From assembly GCA_951406725.2 (NCBI GenBank), contig OX597819.1:112468001-112532000 (forward strand): a stretch of 64,000 bases of DNA. The letters are read 5' to 3'. The DNA is from Octopus vulgaris. Taxonomy: Eukaryota. Positions within the stretch are counted from its first letter, which is position 1. Every line of letters begins with the position of its first letter. This document shows positions 13,145-26,773 of this stretch, piece after piece. The notes beneath the pieces were generated by a model. It was not told the origin of the DNA and did not search any database. It saw nothing but the letters and a program-made list of their open reading frames with translations. The position numbers were made by a program, and so were the translations under genes.

Positions 13145-13477
13145 ACCCCCTTCGGTCATGAATGGCCATGGGATTGCACTTAGAAAGCTCCACTCCGAAG
13201 TACAAATCCGAGGTAAAATTCTTTATGAAAGACCAGCAATCGGCCGTGCATATCAGCTTCCCCGCCATACGTCACCGATGTTATCCAACGGAATGATAAA
13301 GGCTGATACAGCTTGGTACCAGTGGCGTCGCAACTCATTTTTACAACTGAGTTAACTGGAGCAACGTGAAATAAAGTGTCTTGCTCAAGAACACAACACA
13401 CAGCCTGGTCCGGGAATCGTACTCACTACCTCATGACTGTAGTCCAACACTCTAACCACTGAGATATGCGCCTTCAC
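13145..13477 (-). mobile_element. tRNA-derived SINE (second CORE-like family, different tail)
   Basis: Reverse complement GTGAAGGCGCAT..CAGTGGTTAGAGTG, B-box-like GAGTACGATTCCC, TTCTTGAGCAAGACACTTTATTTCACG. Confidence 0.7.
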
Positions 13478-13504
13478 ACATACATATATATATTATACAT
13501 ATAT

Positions 13505-13536
<32 letters not shown>

Positions 13537-13725
13537 CATACATACATACATACATACATACATACATACGTACGTACACCAACCACACACACACACACAC
13601 ACACAAATTTAAAATTCGTAGTCGAACACAGTGCAGAATTTCGTGAGGTGTGTGTGTGTGTGTGTATTAATATATATATATATATAAATTTTTTTTATTC
13701 TCTCACTGGTAATCTCCTCGTGTTC

Positions 13726-13761
13726 CTTTCTGTTGAAGAGCGTAGGCTCGAAACGTAAAAG
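13726..13761 (+). ncRNA. Minimal type I hammerhead-like motif
   Basis: CUUU-CUGUUGA-A-GAGC-GUAG-GCUC-GAAA-CG-UA-AAAG. Stem I CUUU/AAAG, stem II GAGC/GCUC, GUA cleavage triplet. Core has A6->U. Confidence 0.6.
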
Positions 13762-13919
13762 ACTTTCTCGCCTTCCCGAGCGTCAAACTAAACTTGTTAT
13801 TTATTTAGTATTAGAGACGGCAATCACTTCGAAGTTTCACCGTGATCACCATTTCACAACAAAATTCAGAATCTCATATATCAATTATAAAAAAAGGGTG
13901 CAAATACTAAAATCAATGA

Positions 13920-13963
<44 letters not shown>

Positions 13964-14079
13964 TGAATGTATAGATATGTATATATATATATATATATAT
14001 ATACTAAGTAATTAAGGGTAACGATTTGCCTCACCACACACCGAATTTAGAAATAGCAGTCAAAGAGTTATGGCTTTTT

Positions 14080-14135
<56 letters not shown>

Positions 14136-14460
14136 TTTAACAAACCATCATCCAGTTTTATGCATTTCGAGAAAAAGACATCATTAACATATCCACCTAA
14201 ATTGAAAAAATCAAATGCATAATTCTCCAGTATGATAAACAATATTCTAAAATTCTTTTAAAATTTAGCTTTTAACTCCAATTTCGAGATCGTATCATAG
14301 TTAGGTTATTATTACTATTTCTAAGAAAATGATATATTGCTTTTCTGACATTAAATATCCACTAAAATACATGAATAGCAAATATTAATGTACCTTAATA
14401 TAGACCCTTTTATCTATTTTGAATCACGCTATGCGCACTAATTTAATCAATACACACATA

Positions 14461-14586
<126 letters not shown>

Positions 14587-14651
14587 TAATATTAAGTGTA
14601 TTTTTCTAAGTATATCTAAATAATAATGATAATAATAATAATAATGATAAC

Positions 14652-14725
<74 letters not shown>

Positions 14726-14727
<2 letters not shown>

Positions 14728-15130
14728 TGTCAGAGATCATGAAGAAAAATAATGCCTTCTAATTGATGTATCAATACCAGCAGATGACAACGTGTCTCTA
14801 AAAGAAATGGAGAAACTTTCAAAATACAAAGACCTGGAAATAGAGGTAACTAGAATGTGGAATCTAAAAACAGAAACAATTCCTATCATAGTAGGTGCAT
14901 TAAGCATGATAAAAAAATATTCAGACAAATACATAACAAAAACACCAGGACTTAGAAACACATATAACATACAGAAAATTGCACTACTAGGCACTGCACA
15001 CATCCTACGCAGAACACTTTCAATACAGTAACCATCAGAGCATCACAACAAATCACAGCACATACCCAAGGCACACAGAGCTGCGCTCGGTAGTGAAGTG
15101 AAAGCACGTTATAAAAATAAAACTACAGAA
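14726..15130 (+). mobile_element. 5'-truncated R4/Dong-clade non-LTR retrotransposon (RLE endonuclease end and 3' UTR)
   Basis: LIDVSIPADDNVSLKEMEKLSKYKDL..IPIIVGAL..QKIALLGTAHILRRTL. Flanked by (AAT)n/(AAG)n and (AAT)n. Confidence 0.88.
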
Positions 15131-15160
15131 TGATGATAATAATAATAATAATAATAATAA

Positions 15161-15714
15161 ATGCTCTGATGCAGTACCAGGCAATGTCTCGTATGGCTTC
15201 TGATCTTAACTTATTGGAAGTGTTACCACGTACAGTGTTTTGTTTTGGTATAAAAGATGGGCTATAGCAAATATTCTACTCAATACCATAGATCTGCCTG
15301 TCAGTTGCTTGACCTTAACCAGTTGAGCATGTCCCTTAGAGACTGACAATATGTGCATCTCAGATCACGAGCAGAAGTAGTGGGAGAGCACTATAGCCAT
15401 GTCTTGAGAGGAATTCTTTGGGGTTTGGATAATTCACTTTTAGAAACAGGTGTTTCGTTCAACATCCTTAAGTAACCCTTATTCAGGGACCTTTTGAGTG
15501 GGATGGGCTACTCGACCTAAAGAAAATTATAACTGGGCCCCACCTGCAAGGTCATATCTTGTTTATTTTGATATGAGATCACTATGTCGCGCACATATGG
15601 TTGTGATGCATGTGCTTAGTGTACCCTTATCAGAGAGGTAGTCATGATGGGTATACTGGGCTTCGTATATTTTACCGCAATGTCCCTTTGATGGCATGCG
15701 CTGCTATCTCACTC
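15161..15714. repeat. Dispersed non-coding repeat inserted in (AAT)n
   Basis: Second copy at 58913-59387. Both end ..CTCTCACTC followed by (AAT)n. Confidence 0.75.
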
Positions 15715-15736
15715 AATAATAATAATAATAATAATC

Positions 15737-15772
<36 letters not shown>

Positions 15773-15785
15773 GTAATAATAGTAG

Positions 15786-16381
15786 GAATATATTCACAGA
15801 CATGACAGAGTTGGAACCTACATACATTGGAAGCTATGCCAACATTATGGAATAACAACAGAAAAAAGATGGTATAGGCACACACCAGAAAAGGTCACAG
15901 AAAACGGGAAAACAACCATACTCTGGGATATGCCGATACACACAGATAGAGAAATTAAGGCCAACAGACCAGATATAGTTGTCAGAGATCATGAAGAAAA
16001 AAATGCTTTCTAATTGATGTATCAATACCGGCTGATGACAACGTGTCTCTAAAAGAAATGGAGAAACTCCCAAAATACAAAGACCTGGAAATAGAGGTAA
16101 CTAGAATGTGGAATCTGAAAACAGAAACAATTCCTATCATTGTAGGTGCATTAGGCATGATAAAAAAATATTCAGACAAATACATAACAAAAACACCAGG
16201 ACTTACAAACACATATAACATACAGAAAATTGCACTACTAGGTACTGCACACATCCTACGCAGAACACTTTCCATACAATAACTATCAGAGCATCACAAC
16301 AAATCACAGCACATACCCAAGGCACACAGAGCTGCGCTCGGTAGTGAAGTGAAAGCACGCTATAAAAATAAAACTACTGAA
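15786..16381 (+). mobile_element. Second 5'-truncated R4/Dong-clade copy
   Basis: EYIHRHDRVG (RHD motif), ILWDMPIHTDREIKANRPDIVV (PD..D-type RLE), same 3' UTR as 14726-15130. Frameshifted. Flanked by (AAT)n on both sides. Confidence 0.9.
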
Positions 16382-16649
16382 TAATAATAATAGTAATAAT
16401 AATAATAATAATAATTTAAATTTGACACAATTCCAGCAGTTTTTTTGAGGAGGGAGCAAGCCAGTTACATCGAACCCTGTACTTGACTGGTACTTTATTT
16501 TATCGACCCCGAAAGGATGAAAAGGAAAGTCGACCTCGACGGCATTTGAACTCAGAACGCAAAGCCAGAAGAAATGATAGTAAGTATTTTGTCTGGCGTG
16601 CGAACGTTTCTGGCAATAATAACAGTTACAACAACAATTTTTTAAAACC

Positions 16650-17215
16650 AGAAGCATTGAATGAAGGAGAATTTACAAAGATAGGTTACGATTTTTGTGA
16701 GGGTTTACATAAAATCGGGTGAGAAGGAAATGAGGGGAGGGAAAATAAAGTAAAAACTATACATAGCGTATAGAATATATGAATACAGGGATGATACAGT
16801 CTTCCTGATACACAGATGTTTTCCTGACTGCTGCTCTCCGATACAGTGTAAGCCTATATATTCTCTTTTCGTCTCAGTAACACAACTTTTGACAAATGTG
16901 CTGAATGACAACACTCCTTTCTCTACTCTCATCTTCCTTTCCAGGTGGACCTTGAAAAAGTTGAGCATTTTACCACACAACCTTTTCCCCATTACTACAA
17001 AACATAGGTAGTATTGCCCTTCTTTAATATGCCTTCTCAACCGTTTTGAAGGAGTGTAGTGGAGCCATCTTCAACGATCGACTATTTTCAGGTTGCAAAA
17101 TTGTGACTTGTTCCAGTGCCTACAGTTAGAAATTTTCTCAGTTCTTTTTAAATGTCTGCCCCACCCCTTTTTTGTGAGGATGGAATATTTTTCATCATTT
17201 AGTGTAAAGGTTTAC
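16650..17215 (-). mobile_element. Decayed Tx1/L1-like LINE C-terminus and 3' UTR
   Basis: ..LCGKMLNFFKVHLERKMRVEKGVLS.. resembles the post-zinc-finger tail of Tx1-type ORF2. Confidence 0.45.
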
Positions 17216-17540
17216 TTGTAGTAGTAATTTGCTCAAGTTTTTTTGTTGTTGAAGTGCAGTAAAGAAACATGTATTAATATTGACATGTCTCAAGTAGCAT
17301 ATATAGTTTAATAATGTCATGCGGGGAAATTAATGTTTACTGTGACAGCTTGAAGTTCACTTGAAGCTGTCATTGTAAAGGTATATATTGATGTAAAAAC
17401 TTTACTAGTATAAATTAATTATTTGTGACGGAAGTAGTATTAATACCAAAGTGTAATTATTATATCCAATTTAACAAAGCATCCTTGTTAAGGAGAATAT
17501 AAAGATTGCCCTTATTAGTATAATTAGATGTCAAATTATA

Positions 17541-17920
17541 CTCTCTTTACTCTTTACTCTTTACTCGTTTCAGTCATTTGACTGCGGCCATGCTGGAGCA
17601 CCGCCTTTAATCGAGCAACTCAACCCCGGGACTTATTCTTTGTAAGCCCAGTACTTATTCTATCGATCTCTTTTGCCGAACCGCTAAGTAACGGGGACAT
17701 TGTCAAGCAATGCTATGGGGACAAACACAGACACACAAACATATACATATACATATATACGACGGGCTTCTTTCAGTTTCCGTCTACCAAATCCACTCAC
17801 AAGGCTTTGGTCGGCCCGAGGCTATAGTAGAAGACACTTGCCCAAGGTGCCACGCAGTGGGACTGAACCCGGAATCATGTGGTTGGTAAACAAGCTACTT
17901 ACCACACAGCCACTCTTGCG
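17541..17920 (-). mobile_element. CORE-like SINE
   Basis: Both halves present, with a (GTAAAGA)n tail on the minus strand. Confidence 0.85.
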
Positions 17921-18116
17921 GCTATTATGGTTATTATTTCATTTACATAATTAAATGATAAATTAAGGCTGTTATTTGATAGCAACTTCTAGAATAACAA
18001 CAAATATTTACCAATGACGAGGTTCAATACTGAGATTAGACTCAAATATAAAAATTTGTTTTGACCCGTTATTATAAAGTCCTTTTTGAAGCTGCAAAAA
18101 TTGATTTTATAATAGA

Positions 18117-18773
18117 CTAGCAGTAATACCAGTCGTTCATCGGATAATTACTTTTACTCTTTCTCAGGAGCCACATTCAAAGTATTATTATATATATAAT
18201 AGATTTCTCAACGGGGATTTCAGGGGAGAGCTTCAGGGAGTCGCTGGCGATGTATCGTGATGATCAAAAATCCGGCCTGCTAAAATTTGGTTAAAGCGAT
18301 TCAAACTGCAGACTCAACGCAAAATGGTCACATTTAATTCAAAGCGTTAAAAATGTTATGAAAACAATTGGTATGTGTTCACAAAGTCCAAACGATTAAT
18401 ACGAAAAAACCCTCCAGGCTACATCCCGAAAATTCATTTCTTTGCCGAATGTTTACGGCGATTCGTTTTTATATCTTGATTTTTTATTTTTCATGCAATT
18501 TACGCATGCTTGCACGCGCGGTGAACACAGTTTACGTCAAACAGCTGACTGAGTACAGTTCACTATTCAATGCATGGGATAAGGCCTAAACAAACACATT
18601 ATCGATTTTTGCACTTGCGAGATGAATTTCGGAACAGAAATAGCGTAGTTCAATTTTCATTCGCCTAAACTTTAAGTGACCCATTTTTGGTGGTTCTACG
18701 ATTTGTTGGCTAGGAGGAAATGTGCCGGGAAGTTAAACACACAGACACACAAGTTGAGTTTTATATATATAGA
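18117..18773 (-). mobile_element. Non-autonomous Helitron-like element
   Basis: Minus strand begins TCTATATATATAAAACTCAACTTGTGTGTCTG and ends ..GTATTACTGCTAG followed by T. Confidence 0.6.
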
Positions 18774-19675
18774 TATAGTTATACATTGTACACGCCATTT
18801 TAAGTACATTTGTTTCTGTTGAGTTCAGGAATATAAAGGAAACACGTTGAAGAAAATAAAGAAAATATTTTATGAAAGTAAGGATGTTATTATATTAAAA
18901 CTGCTTCTGCTTCGTGTTCCTTCCGACACTCCATTCTCTCTATATTTCGTTATTTCCGAGACCGCATAAAAATTTGACTACCATAAAAAGCAAGCAAATG
19001 TTTCTCATTTCACACCGTCTCACACACTTACAAATACTAAAAGAAGTATTTGTTTATTCAAAAAATACTTAATACTAGAAATTTATTTTGAGGGTCGATG
19101 AAAGTAACTTTTTATACCGTTTAACAACCGGCTTCTTTAGCTATTGGTGATTTCTTTTTGAAGTTTATCGAGTTTCGATATCAATTTGTTTGGTAGGGAA
19201 CTTTTATTGGGGTAAAACAATAAAAAATATTGAAGCGAATAATTTTTATGAGCTAAAATACAAGAATACATTTTCATTATGTTACAAAACGAAACTATTT
19301 TCTCCAAAATATTTTTATAACGTGAATTATTCAATATTTTTCGAAAACATCAGACTTAATATCAGAAAATTAGGAGAATAAAGGAAATTTTCAACTACTG
19401 TTCAACGACTGGAGGTTAAATCACATGAAATAAACGAGATCACTCACGCTTAAAACTCTCGTCAGGTAACTCAGTGAATAACACGCGTGTGTCTGTTAAT
19501 ATGATTAGAGGAAAAGTACTCAGTAGATATTGTAAAAATATGTCTACAACACACACACACATATATATAAATATTTTTATGTTATCTATTGAGCATTTTT
19601 CCTCTAGTCATGGGGAAACAATGATCAAAATTTTCTGTTACATAGATATTTGAATCAAATTGACATGTTCATATT

Positions 19676-19981
19676 CACGTGATCATGTGACCGACCAGGC
19701 TATCAGATGTTACTGCACATCGCTGGTCACAATGCGCTTCGCATTGTTTTAGCCTTCAAATGACGCCACCCCACTGGCTAAGCGAGCAGGCCAACAGAAG
19801 AAAGAGTGAGAGAAAGTTGCGGCGAAAGAGTACAGCTGGGATCGCCACCACCCCTGCCGGAGCCTTGTGGAGCTGTAGGTGTTTTCGCTCAATAAACACT
19901 CACAACGCCCGGTCTGGGAATCGAAACCGCGATCCTACGACCGTGAGTCTGCTGCTCTAACCACTGGGCCATTGCGCCTCC
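19676..19981 (-). mobile_element. Full-length tRNA-derived SINE (third family) with TSD
   Basis: Head GGAGGCGCAATGGCCCAGTGGTTAG (A-box) and GGTTTCGATTCCC (B-box). 13-bp TSD ACATGTTCATATT (19663-19675, 19982-19994). Second copy at 51733-52020. Confidence 0.9.
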
Positions 19982-20044
19982 ACATGTTCATATTATGCAG
20001 CTATTTTTAAAATTAAAAACATCACAGCTAAAACTTACCTATTT

Positions 20045-21170
20045 TATTTAAATGTTAATTCAATCCTTCTCTCTTGTTGAAATTGTAGTTAACATCATTG
20101 TAGAACGTATCGTTCTTAATGCTTTTTAAAACGGCTTTTTCTATGCCAATTAGAGCTAAACTGCTCAACCTTTCTTGTCCTTGCGAATTTCATGTACAAT
20201 TATGAATTCTCCTTAGGTATGAAAAGGAGCGCTCTATTGTGGCACTTGTTGCTTGTAGTGTTAACATTAATTCACAACGCTTCGTTAACTGGGACAAAGC
20301 TTCATCTAATCCACTATTATGCAGAATGTAAAGTAAATCTTGAACGGATTTTCATTTTAGTTCAGCATCTTTATGCAAAGCAGTAATTTCGCTTCTTAAC
20401 TTTTGGCTGTCGAAATGGTATCCATAAAAATGCTTAAGGCAAGTTAGATATGTTTCCTGGACGTCGTTATTTCGTCTCATTGGATCGAGAAGTGCTGAAA
20501 ATGTAATTCATTAAAAGTTTGAAATCGTATCTCAATTTGCTCGCAAATTAAATCTATAATTTTGTAGAACAGCTATCTGCATCTTTCTTCTGTTTCAAAC
20601 GCATTTTTTTCTTTTCTTCATTTGAGGATAAATGCCATCAACGTTATCCCAAAATTTAGAAAATTCATACTTTTTTCTTTCAAAACGTTCACAATTTCAT
20701 TTACTTTACGAATACACTAGGATATGTCAGGTGCTTTTTTCTGGAGGATGTCAATTGCTGCATTTATGTAAATAAAAATATCTCCAAACACATTTAACAA
20801 AAAACTGAATTCAAAATTTTGTAAACTAGAATACAACGCCTGAGCATAGGTATAGCTTTCCATGTCCCATTCACTTGAATAATCAATGATGTTTAGGAAT
20901 AAATCAGCAAGTTGTTCATGATATTCACGAACTGTTTCTACCAACGAATGGTTTCAAGTTCCAGCGAGTTGGCACCACTTTTGGAAAATGCTTTTTAATT
21001 CCAGTATCTAATAGATGCACGAGTTTGGTCGATTTACAAAAAAATAACGAAAAAAACTTTGTGAAAAAAACTTATCTCATTCTTGAATATTTGCAACCGC
21101 TTGAGACAGAACTAGAATTAATCTATGGGCCATACAATGAACAAAAAATGAGTGTTCTGTGATTTGAAAA
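20045..21170 (-). pseudogene. Decayed hAT transposase (ZMYM1/Tip100-like)
   Basis: Ordered fragments FVHCMAHRLILVL (CxxH), PTRWN, NSQGQERLSSLALIGIE (hATC dimerisation domain) and RRIEL. Confidence 0.8.
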
Positions 21171-21663
21171 GGTATAAAATATTAGTTGAAAAAAAACTAT
21201 GCGCAAGTTATCTTTTCCCCGTTTTTCTGCTGGATGCAGAATGTCAACTTTCTTCCCTTTTCCTATGTAAGTGTTACATAACAACGCAACATTATATATA
21301 TCATAGGTATTGCGAATTGACAGAAACTTAATTTAAGTGCATATTTATTACCACCTAAAACTGTTCGTTATCAGCTCTTACTGGAAAAAAATTGCCTTAG
21401 TGGAATTTTTATCGGAAAAAAATTTAAGTATTACATCGAAAAGGATGCTACAGCTCGTGTTGCTTCTCTTGCACAGATTTTTTTTGTATATCGTCTGCCA
21501 CTGCTTGTCTCATGCTAATTCCGACAATAAAAGTCTGAAGCCTACGATGTCTTGTAGTTGTTATTAATTTTACAGAACATTAGAAGAACGATCTTATGAA
21601 AAAGAAGTAATATAGTTTCAATTTTGTTTCTATAATGGACCGCACGCCTATTATATATATATT

Positions 21664-22180
21664 GAGTGATGAAGGGTTGATTTCATGGACTGGCCACATA
21701 AAGTCCCGATCTCAACCTTATAGAAAACGCTTGGAAGATTATTGGAGATGGGGCTCGAAGGAGAAATCCAAAGAACCCAAATGAATTCTGGGAATTACTG
21801 AAAAATGATTGGAACAATATTACTCCACCATTTTGCAAGAAATTAATTCAGCCATGTGGTAAAAAATGTCAGGAGGTCATGGGTAGTAAAGTGATGTCCA
21901 CAAAATATTAATAGTAAGGGTTTCTTTTTTGTTCTTGTTCCATTTTTCGTTGTTTTTCTAAGTGACCCTTAAATTTTGGCCGTTGCAGTTGAGAAGATTA
22001 TTTGTTTATTTCCTCATCACTTATGAAATATTTATTCCATTCACTTGAAATTTTCGCGAAAAACAGATATTAGATATATCTAAATACGTGTAAAACATCT
22101 TGTCTCAACGTGTTGATAACCTTCTATGATAAATATTTCAATACAAATGTTCTTACTGACCCTTATATTGTGGCCTCTAC
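21664..22180 (+). mobile_element. Tc1 transposon right end
   Basis: MDWP../SPDLNLIENAW..W..I....CKKLI..TKY*, followed by two TGACCCTTA(A/T)ATT(T/G)TGGCC repeats (~21962, ~22157) typical of IR/DR-type TIRs. Confidence 0.85.
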
Positions 22181-22227
22181 TCCCCATTTCTCTTTCTGTC
22201 TCTGTCCCCCCTCTCTCTCTCCCTCTC

Positions 22228-22432
22228 TGGCATTGATGTAGCTTTCAATGCCAAAATTTGACACAATTTCTTCCAGGATCTTCCAGATGCATATTACTGC
22301 ATATACCTCTCCTGCATTCGCTCCAGGGACTAGAGTCTTAGCTGTTTCAGCCTTTCCCAGTAGCTGAGCTGTTGCAAAGAGACTATCTTCTTTGTGAAGC
22401 TTCGCTGGATTGCTTCAAGGTCCGCTAAGCAG

Positions 22433-22433
<1 letters not shown>
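22228..22433 (-). mobile_element. CR1/L2-group LINE fragment (post-RT region)
   Basis: LEAIQRSFTKKI..LSYWERLKQLRL*SLERMQERY..WKI, homologous to the C-terminal part of 33285-35636. Confidence 0.8.
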
Positions 22434-22472
<39 letters not shown>

Positions 22473-22474
<2 letters not shown>

Positions 22475-23888
22475 TGGCTTCGCTGACGAAGATTAGGAAG
22501 GCTGTTGTCCACGTCGTCAGCCCGCTCGTTCATGGCTGATAAGGCCGATGTGGGATCGACATATCCGATTGCAATGATGACAGAGGTATGATTGCTCAGG
22601 GTCTGATGATGCAGCTGCATTATTTTTTCGCCTCTGATGTTTGTCTTCAAGAGAAGCCCTGCGAGAGATCTCAACGGAGGAAACAGCAACGCTGATGGTA
22701 TGGCGCCAAGCAGCACGGTGAGCTGTTAGAGTGGACCACTCACGATAATCTATGTCACAAACGCTGAGGGACCGCTTCAAGCAGCCCTTGTAACGCTTCT
22801 TTGGTACCCCGCTGTTCGTTGGCCAGTGGTGAACTCACCGTACATGATGATCTTGGGTAGGCGGTGGTCTTTCATCCTGTCAATGTACTCTGCCCAATGT
22901 AGTCGTGTCTCAAGTAAAATGACTTCCAAGCTGGTTACCTTGCCCGCTTGAGGACCTCAGTGTTGGTGATGTAGTCGCTCCAGTAGCTGTCGAGGATGGT
23001 ACGAAGGCAGCGTTGGTGAAAACGTTCTAGGAGCCTGAGATGACAGCGGTAGGGGACCCAGGACTTAGAGCTATATAAGAGCGTCGTGAGGATGGCGGTC
23101 CTGTAGACTTTGACTTTTGTGATGATCTTAAGAAGCTTATTATTCCACACACGCTTGAGCAGTCTGCCAAATGCTTTGTTTGCTTTTGCAAGTCTGTTGT
23201 CAGTTTCTTTGTCGATACTCGCTTCTGATGAAATAGTACATCCAAGATAAGTGAACTGCTGTACTGATTTCAGTTTTGTTTCGGCAATGGCAATGTGGGG
23301 CATCCTGTATTCTTCCTGAAGAGCTGGTTGGTGTAGGACTTCAGTCTTTTTCAAGCTTACTTCCAGCCCAAAGAGATGGGCGGCCTCTTCAAAGCAGGAC
23401 GTGATGCGCTGCAGGGCTCTTTCTGTGTGTTCGACAAGTGCAGCATCATCTGTAAAGAGGAGGTCTTGGATCAGTTACTCTTGGGTCTTGGTGTGAGCCA
23501 GTAGTCGCCGGAGGTTGAAAAGACTGCCGTCCAGACGATACCTGATGCAGACGCCGTCTTCAGTGCCGAGGTACGCAGTGGCCTGTTGAAACATCATGCC
23601 GAAGAGGATGCTGAAGTGAGTTGGTACGAGGACTCAGCCCTGCTTCACGCCGTTGTTGATGGGGGATTGTTCTGATATGTCGTTACTCAGGCGGACTTGT
23701 CCTTGCTGAAGCTGGATGATCATGGTTAAGAATTTTGGGGAACCACCAAGCCGGTTTAGGATCTGCTTCAGACCTTTCCTGCTCACAGTGTCGAACGCTT
23801 ACGTCAGATCGACAAATGTTACATAAAGTGGCTTGCTTTGCTCCCGGAACTTTTCCTGGAGCTGCCTGAAAACGAAAATCATATCTAT
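22473..23888 (-). mobile_element. 5'-truncated RTE-BovB-like LINE
   Basis: IQDLLFTDDAAL, FTYLGCTIS, RLAKANKAFGRL, CHHCNRICRSHIGLISHER. Same 3' end (GAAGCCAAG) as 47773-51713. Confidence 0.92.
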
Positions 23889-24239
23889 GAAGGTAAACTC
23901 AGGTAGGAATCACTCTTACTGAATAGATAGATGACCTAGTCCCCAGACGATGATATCATTTCTACTTCGCAGCCTTCACTTCCAAGGAATCATTTCCTGG
24001 TCTCACACCAACACCTCACTTCCAAGACTTTTGGGTATCTTCGGCTGAGTCCATTCTACCGAAAGTATTCGAGAGAAGTGAGATAGGAAACATCATCTTC
24101 CTCTATTCGTCTCATTAGTCCCGAAAGTATTGCAATGGTGTCGCTGTGGCTTTTCAATCAATTCTGACCTAATCAATAATAACAAGACTTTTTACCCCAC
24201 AATCCAGCAAAGGAGCGCCTCCAGGTCGCCCCAGAGAGC

Positions 24240-24422
24240 TTATGATGATGATAACGCGTTCGACGAAGACGATGATGTTGGGGATAATGGCGATGATAAT
24301 GAGGAGGATAAAGGGAAGAAGAGGAGGAAGAAAAGAAGGAGGACGATGACGACGATTGTGATGATGACAATAATGATGGCGATGATGGTGGACAACAACG
24401 ATGATAATGATGATAATGGTAG

Positions 24423-24462
<40 letters not shown>

Positions 24463-24493
24463 AATGATGGTGATGATGATGATGATGATGATG

Positions 24494-24573
<80 letters not shown>

Positions 24574-24715
24574 GATGATGATGATAACGAAATCGAAGAT
24601 AACGGCGTCCGTGTCTCTGATGATGGTGGCGATGACGATGACGTTGATGTCGACGACGACGACGACGGCGACAATAATGATGATGATGATGATGATGATG
24701 AAGATTATGACGATG
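24240..24715. repeat. Compound trinucleotide microsatellite (GAT)n/(GCT)n/(GAC)n
   Basis: Low-complexity triplets leave several frames open. Confidence 0.9.
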
Positions 24716-25267
24716 GTTGCACACTCGAGTTAGGGAGCTATAAATGTTATGTTAGATGGAAGTCTTTTAATGACAGGTCACTGATTCTTTGTCCATTTAA
24801 CCTACATTATAACATATTTCACATATTTCGCCACCTACACAACTAACATTGTATCGTATTCTACAAAACAATAAAGTTCTTTCACCTGCTTTCTCTCTTC
24901 CTCTTTTTTATGCTCCCCCTTTTTCGTAAGCACGTTTAATTATTTCTCTTAAATATTTTATTATTATACCACCAACCCACCCACTTCATTGGGTTTTTTT
25001 TCTCCCACCCACTATCCCTGAATCTCTTGGTCTTTCTTTCTATCTCTGAAGCTTATTATCTATCTGCCTTTTTACACTCTCATACATACATACATACATA
25101 CATAAATACATTACATACATAAATACATTGCATGCATGCATGCATACATACATACATACATACATACATACATACATACATACATACATACATACATACA
25201 TACATACATACATACATACATACATGCATGCATACATACACACATACATACATACATACATATATTT

Positions 25268-26752
25268 TACAATGGCACGTGTCACTAAAGAATATTACAG
25301 CTGGATAAAGAAAATTTGGACCTCAGAACTCTCTGCATTCAATAAAACTGGCCCACAATGTGTTTGCAGTGCCAGTACTCATACCAACATTTAGGCTGCT
25401 TGATTGGACACTTGATGTGAAAACCTGAAAAATATTAACAAGCACACATAATTTCCACATAAACAGTGATGTAGACCGCCTCTACCTAAAACGTAAGCAA
25501 GGCGGCAGAGGCTTAAGATCAATCCAAAATGCTTTTGAATATCGCATCGTATCCCTTCGGCAACGACTTTTGACCACCAAAACTTGGAAGGTAGCTCCTT
25601 GAGCAACACTGTTTGTCTGATAACCTAGAATACATGCCCAAAGAATTCGCACAACTCTATCGCAACATATCATCAGATGAAAGGATGAGCCTATATGAGC
25701 AGAAGACTATGCATGGATATGTTAGTAGAAGGCTCCGTAATGATAATAATATCGATCATCAAAGCAGTTTATCATGGACGAGTAGCCGGATTATTACTTC
25801 TCACTTTGAAGGGTATGCGTTTGTAATCCAGGAACAGGAAATATCAACAAAGTACCTGATGCACAAAAGGGATAGAGATGCTGGAAAAGCCGTAAAATGT
25901 GACAACCGATGTAGACTTTGTGAAGTTCACACTGAAGGTATCATGCACATCATAAGCATTTGTTCGAAAATGTCATCATGGTATTATCTATCGATGAGAC
26001 ATGACGTTGTAGCTAGGACACTCTATAATGAAATCCGTCGGAAGGATAATCTCGAGGAGCAAGAAATAAAACCCCACAATATGGTAGAAGCCATAGCTAC
26101 TCATAATGAAAAGGAATACGGGTGGAATGTACTAGTGTAGACCTCAATAAAATGTAAGTCCAACAGACCTTATATAATGACTTGGGATAGAGAAGAGAAA
26201 CTGTGCACAGTTGTGGAAATTAGCTGCTCAGTGGATGTTAACATAAAGCTGAAGATCAGTGAAAAAGAGAATACCTACGCTGAACTATTGAGAAATTTAC
26301 AGTTACTCTAACCAGATTACAAGTTCAGGTTTATATCTGCAATTATTGGGGTCCTAGGATATGTAACACACTGCCTAAATGCCAGTCTTGAGAAATTAGG
26401 CTTCTCAAAACCAGAAAGGAGAAAGCTAATCCATCACTAGAATTTTAAAAATCTGTAAAACTTTCCAGAAGTTTATAATTTAAATATATATGAGCATGTC
26501 TAGATATGCAACTATATGCATGAGAATACATACATAAATCATACAAATCTGCACATACATACATACATACATACATACATACATACATACATACATACAT
26601 ACATACATACATACATACGTGCATGCATGCATACATATATACATACAAAAGTACCCTGTTGTTGATGTTGAAGTTCCAATGAAGGAACCTTGGATATAAG
26701 TTAGAAACCGGTTCTTTCTCTATTGGCAAGAAATCTTGAAATAAACTGAATA
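25268..26752 (+). mobile_element. Decayed R4-clade (RLE) non-LTR element embedded in (CATA)n
   Basis: VTKEYY..IWTSELSAFNK, RLYLKRKQGGRGL, QEQEISTK, CRLC..HIISIC (CCHC), RHDVVA, NRPYI..VVEISC, EKENTY. Confidence 0.88.
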
Positions 26753-26773
26753 GCATACATAATACATACATAC

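Noticed and set aside
24130-24846. Poly-Asp/Ala (or poly-His, Ser, Met) protein
   Set aside because: Several frames on both strands are open because of trinucleotide repeats. No domain or convincing splice context.
26670-26720. Hammerhead in the R4-like 3' UTR (CCAATGA..GAAACCGGTTC)
   Set aside because: Two core mismatches, a broken stem II and no convincing stem I. Worth rechecking only on the family consensus.
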